A stretch of 64,000 nt of DNA from a virus. The position numbers were made by a program, and so were the translations under genes. Below are positions 61,144-64,000 of the stretch, piece by piece. The stretch lies in UHGV virus genome UHGV-1351068; one strand, written 5' to 3'. Positions within the stretch are counted from its first letter, which is position 1. Each line of letters opens with the position of its first letter. The notes beneath the pieces were generated by a model. It did not search any database. It was not told where the DNA came from and saw only the letters and a list, made by a program, of their open reading frames with translations.

Positions 61144-61453
61144 TAAATTTTTCCTGAAGAGGTGTAAAGAAAAGCTGATCACCACGCTTTTCAAATCGCC
61201 CAATAATAGACACTACATCATCATTAACCGTCACATTACCGTGTGACATTCCGATGAACATCTTCTTATAATCACGTTCAATTTCAATAGGTATATTTCC
61301 ATTTCGGTTATATACTGTAGTTGAACCGTTATAAGTGCTAAGACCATTATAACTGAAAACTAGAAGATGAATACCATGCTTAAATGGAAATCTTTTCCAC
61401 CTCTTTTGGACTTTGTCTTCTGATAGCTGAGTGATATCATAGTTTGCGCTCAT
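61136..61453 (-). CDS. hypothetical protein (105 aa) inserted between frd and td
   Basis: ORF overlapping frd stop by 17 nt and td start by 8 nt. Confidence 0.45.
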   Translation of the reverse strand: MSANYDITQLSEDKVQKRWKRFPFKHGIHLLVFSYNGLSTYNGSTTVYNRNGNIPIEIERDYKKMFIGMSHGNVTVNDDVVSIIGRFEKRGDQLFFTPLQEKFNA

Positions 61454-62036
61454 AGACCACCTCTGAAATGTTAGTCACTTCATCAATATGATACCAGTGA
61501 TTTTCTTTAGTAATGAATCCTGATTCTGGCCAAGTAGGAGCTGTTACAAATTCAGCAGGTAGAGTGACATCAGAATTCACTCTATGACTTTTTCTAATGA
61601 TTGTTTGGATAACCCTATCCGCGTATGGATATGCCTTCTGGATGATTCCGGCACCACCTATGATAGAATAATTAAGGTCTCTATTAAAAGTGATAGTACT
61701 GTTGTAAGAAGTATGAGCGGCCATAATGTCACCACCCAAGAAACCGATAAATTCTAATTCACTTACATAAGCATCTGCAAAGAAGCCATTTTTAGCAGTT
61801 GCCAACGCACGACTCATGTCTTGGACAACGATTGTCTTACGCCCAGGAAGAGGTTCAGGAAAACTCATAAAAGTCTTTGCTCCGCAAATCAAGATAGTAT
61901 CTCGAGTACGATTAGCAAAGTTTTTCATGTCCTGGGAAATATGTTTCCATGGAAGACCATCGCCTAAACCGAAAGCATTTTCATTTTTGCCGTCTACAGT
62001 TTTTGTAGGAGCAAAGGCATAAACTATTTGAATCAT
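61437..62036 (-). CDS. frd: dihydrofolate reductase
   Basis: 199 aa (T4 193); PTKTVDG.NE.AFGLGDGLPW and HRVNS..L matches recalled T4 Frd. Confidence 0.85.
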   Translation of the reverse strand: MIQIVYAFAPTKTVDGKNENAFGLGDGLPWKHISQDMKNFANRTRDTILICGAKTFMSFPEPLPGRKTIVVQDMSRALATAKNGFFADAYVSELEFIGFLGGDIMAAHTSYNSTITFNRDLNYSIIGGAGIIQKAYPYADRVIQTIIRKSHRVNSDVTLPAEFVTAPTWPESGFITKENHWYHIDEVTNISEVVYERKL

Positions 62037-62043
62037 TTAAACC

Positions 62044-62208
62044 TCAATAAAATTCAACCCGTTCAACATTACCGTCTTCCCACTTCTGTTGAAGCTCTTG
62101 GAGACGTTTGATAGCGCTATCGATATTGGACATTGCGCAGATAGTTACCCATTCACGGCCGTCCCACCAAATCAAATCATCGTAATCATCTACTGCGAAA
62201 TTTTCCAT
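62044..62208 (-). CDS. hypothetical protein (54 aa)
   Basis: Track ORF (GTG start) trimmed to ATG 62208 (MENFAVDDYDDL..), TAATG overlap with upstream mini-ORF. Confidence 0.4.
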   Translation of the reverse strand: MENFAVDDYDDLIWWDGREWVTICAMSNIDSAIKRLQELQQKWEDGNVERVEFY

Positions 62209-62290
62209 TAACCTTGCCTCATTCCACACTTAAAACACCGGCCACCTAATTGCCATAAGCTACCGCCACAGTACTTACAATCCCAGTCAG

Positions 62291-62611
62291 TTAAAATCCA
62301 CATGACTTGTACTCACTAGCTTTAATCATGCTCTGAAGAGTTTTAAACCCTTCTTTTATGGCTTCTGAAATTTCCTCAAATACTTCCCTTTTCAGAATAT
62401 ACAACGAACCTGCTTGTTCACCAGAAATAGCTGAAACCACAACTTGGTCATTAATTAAAAATTCGCCATACGCTGAATCAATTTTACCTGAAACCTGATT
62501 GCATCGCGAATGAGGGTCAAATACGAGCTCAATATGAGTTACTCCAGGAATTTCATCAAACTGGCAGCGAATATTAACGCGAGGATATCCCGTTACACTA
62601 AATTTAGACAT
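62291..62611 (-). CDS. hypothetical protein (106 aa)
   Basis: ORF; start ATG overlaps end of a 29-codon hydrophobic mini-ORF. Confidence 0.45.
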   Translation of the reverse strand: MSKFSVTGYPRVNIRCQFDEIPGVTHIELVFDPHSRCNQVSGKIDSAYGEFLINDQVVVSAISGEQAGSLYILKREVFEEISEAIKEGFKTLQSMIKASEYKSCGF

Positions 62612-62689
62612 ATAAAAATAATCCTAATATAACGCCGCTAATAAAAGCGACAGTAACAGAAATTAACAAAACTACTAATTCAGCCTCAA

Positions 62690-62968
62690 TCATTTCTTGG
62701 CCTTAGCAAGTTTAAATGCTTTTTTGAATTCTTCAACATCTTCAACGGGAATCCAGAAGCCTGAGCCATACCCATCTTCATAGCATGGGCAGTTATCACA
62801 GTAATCATTCCAATAGACAGTTTCACCACCCATAGTGAATGGAGCTTCCATTTGGCACAGTACTTCTTCAACACGCTCTAATTCTTCTGGGTTTTTGTCG
62901 CAAATGCAGAAATTCCATTTACCACGATATTCAGAACCAAGTTTGATGCTTTGACGTTGAAGTTTCAT
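62690..62968 (-). CDS. hypothetical Cys-rich protein (92 aa)
   Basis: ORF with 7 Cys (CIC, CQ, CDNCPC), possible metal binding. Confidence 0.45.
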   Translation of the reverse strand: MKLQRQSIKLGSEYRGKWNFCICDKNPEELERVEEVLCQMEAPFTMGGETVYWNDYCDNCPCYEDGYGSGFWIPVEDVEEFKKAFKLAKAKK

Positions 62969-63024
62969 TTTTATTCTCCAGTAGATTACGGAGCTATACT
63001 ATCACAAGCATAGCTCCGTGTAAA

Positions 63025-63390
63025 CTACTTTTTGAAAACTTTTTTGATCAAGTCAATCATTTCTTCTGCATTTTCTGGGGTAACGATCAAGTCCAAGCGA
63101 GTAGGACCAGGTTGGATTGCACTACCAATTTCATATACTGGTTCGAAGTATTTGAATTCATAATCAGATATTTCAAAGTATGCATCTCCAAATCCTTCAG
63201 CGTCAGCAGTTGTTCCATCTTTAAATTTTACTTCTGTGATGAAACTATTATCTTCGTCGAGCATTTTAGTAGGAAAGAACGAACCACCATGTTCTTCAAT
63301 CATCAAGCGCATCCGGCGATTTCCGCTAGATGAAAGGTCCCACTCGGCAGCAAGACTTGGGATAATGCGATATTCTGTGTTCAGTTTCAT
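63025..63390 (-). CDS. hypothetical protein (121 aa)
   Basis: ORF. Confidence 0.45.
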   Translation of the reverse strand: MKLNTEYRIIPSLAAEWDLSSSGNRRMRLMIEEHGGSFFPTKMLDEDNSFITEVKFKDGTTADAEGFGDAYFEISDYEFKYFEPVYEIGSAIQPGPTRLDLIVTPENAEEMIDLIKKVFKK

Positions 63391-63393
63391 AAT

Positions 63394-63621
63394 TTACCCG
63401 CTAAAAGTCGTTAATGTATCTTCACGGCATTCATCATCCATGCCAGGAAAATATTCTTGTTCAAGCCATAACCATAGGGTAGGAGTATCACCTTCTACAG
63501 TGATTTCGTTTCCTCCCCATGGTGCAGACTTGTTACTAACTTCAATCAAACCGTATTTTTCAATGGTTTCAATGAAGTGTTCATAATCATATATTTCTAC
63601 AGTAACCTGTGCCATTATCAT
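63394..63621 (-). CDS. hypothetical protein (75 aa)
   Basis: ORF; SD GAGGAAATGATAATG. Confidence 0.45.
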   Translation of the reverse strand: MIMAQVTVEIYDYEHFIETIEKYGLIEVSNKSAPWGGNEITVEGDTPTLWLWLEQEYFPGMDDECREDTLTTFSG

Positions 63622-63662
63622 TTCCTCAAAGTGGGGACCGAAGCCCCCCCCCCCAAAGGTAA

Positions 63663-63920
63663 TTACTCTTTCCAGTCTTCCATCATTTGGTCAATATCTT
63701 CCCAATCGTTTGCTTCTAACCAAGCACGAACTGCTTCTTTAGAACCACGGAGGTCAATATTTGGCCAACCACCACCAGGGCCTTCTTTAATAACTAAATC
63801 AAAATCAATACCATGGTCAGTGTCATAAAAACGTGAACCATCTTCAAAAATCAAATCAGTACAAAATCCTGATTTATTGATGTAAGGTTCTGCCACGATA
63901 TCAATGTTTAATTTACCCAT
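63663..63920 (-). CDS. hypothetical protein (85 aa)
   Basis: ORF. Confidence 0.45.
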   Translation of the reverse strand: MGKLNIDIVAEPYINKSGFCTDLIFEDGSRFYDTDHGIDFDLVIKEGPGGGWPNIDLRGSKEAVRAWLEANDWEDIDQMMEDWKE

Positions 63921-64000
63921 GATGTTTTCCTCTACTCGTTTTGTTTCGATGTAGATATAGTATCACTCATCAACTGGCTTGTAAACAATTTTGTGAAAAT

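Overview
This window is a contiguous T4-like (Tevenvirinae) myovirus segment whose gene order matches T4 from gene 6 to frd. The calls rest on ORF lengths, conserved motifs, gene order, and my recall of T4 protein sequences; no database search was run.

Gene content, in order:
- Plus strand, late structural block: baseplate wedge genes 6-12, wac (fibritin), neck genes 13-14, tail terminator 15, terminase 16/17, sheath 18, tube 19, portal 20, head core and scaffold 67-68-21-22, major capsid 23, vertex 24.
- Minus block: a DprA/SLOG-like ORF, rnlB, three small ORFs (one with an HTH), hoc, inh.
- uvsW and uvsW.1 on the plus strand.
- uvsY, 25, 26 on the minus strand.
- 51-27-28-29-48-54 on the plus strand (hub, tape measure, tube initiator).
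- A long minus-strand early/middle region: alt, DNA ligase 30, about 11 small ORFs, rIII, 31, cd, pseT, a spanin pair (pseT.3/pseT.2-like), alc, rnlA, denA, nrdB, nrdA, td, frd and frd-distal small ORFs.

Regulatory signals:
- T4-type late promoters (TATAAATA) precede genes 9, 13, 18, 19, 20, 22, 23, 24, 51, 26, inh, uvsW, alt and the homing endonuclease.
- Many intergenic regions carry GC-rich C(UUCG)G tetraloop hairpins, several with U-runs that make them rho-independent terminators.
- A reiterated early-promoter-like unit (GTTTAC-N18-TACTATAGAC ... SD-ATG) precedes four minus-strand genes.

Main departures from the T4 reference, judged from my memory of T4:
1. A DprA/SLOG-like Rossmann protein sits between gene 24 and rnlB and is translationally coupled to rnlB.
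2. A free-standing I-TevI-like GIY-YIG homing endonuclease lies between nrdA and td. It is on the opposite strand to both and has its own late promoter. td and nrdB are both intronless here, and the region carries fewer HE genes than I recall for T4: segD, segE and mobE appear absent.
3. A roughly 340-bp GC-rich, ORF-free island lies between rIII and a small, very basic ORF.
4. An extra 105-aa ORF is wedged between frd and td.
5. wac carries a C-terminal extension past the foldon-like motif, and gp12 has a divergent C-terminal domain.
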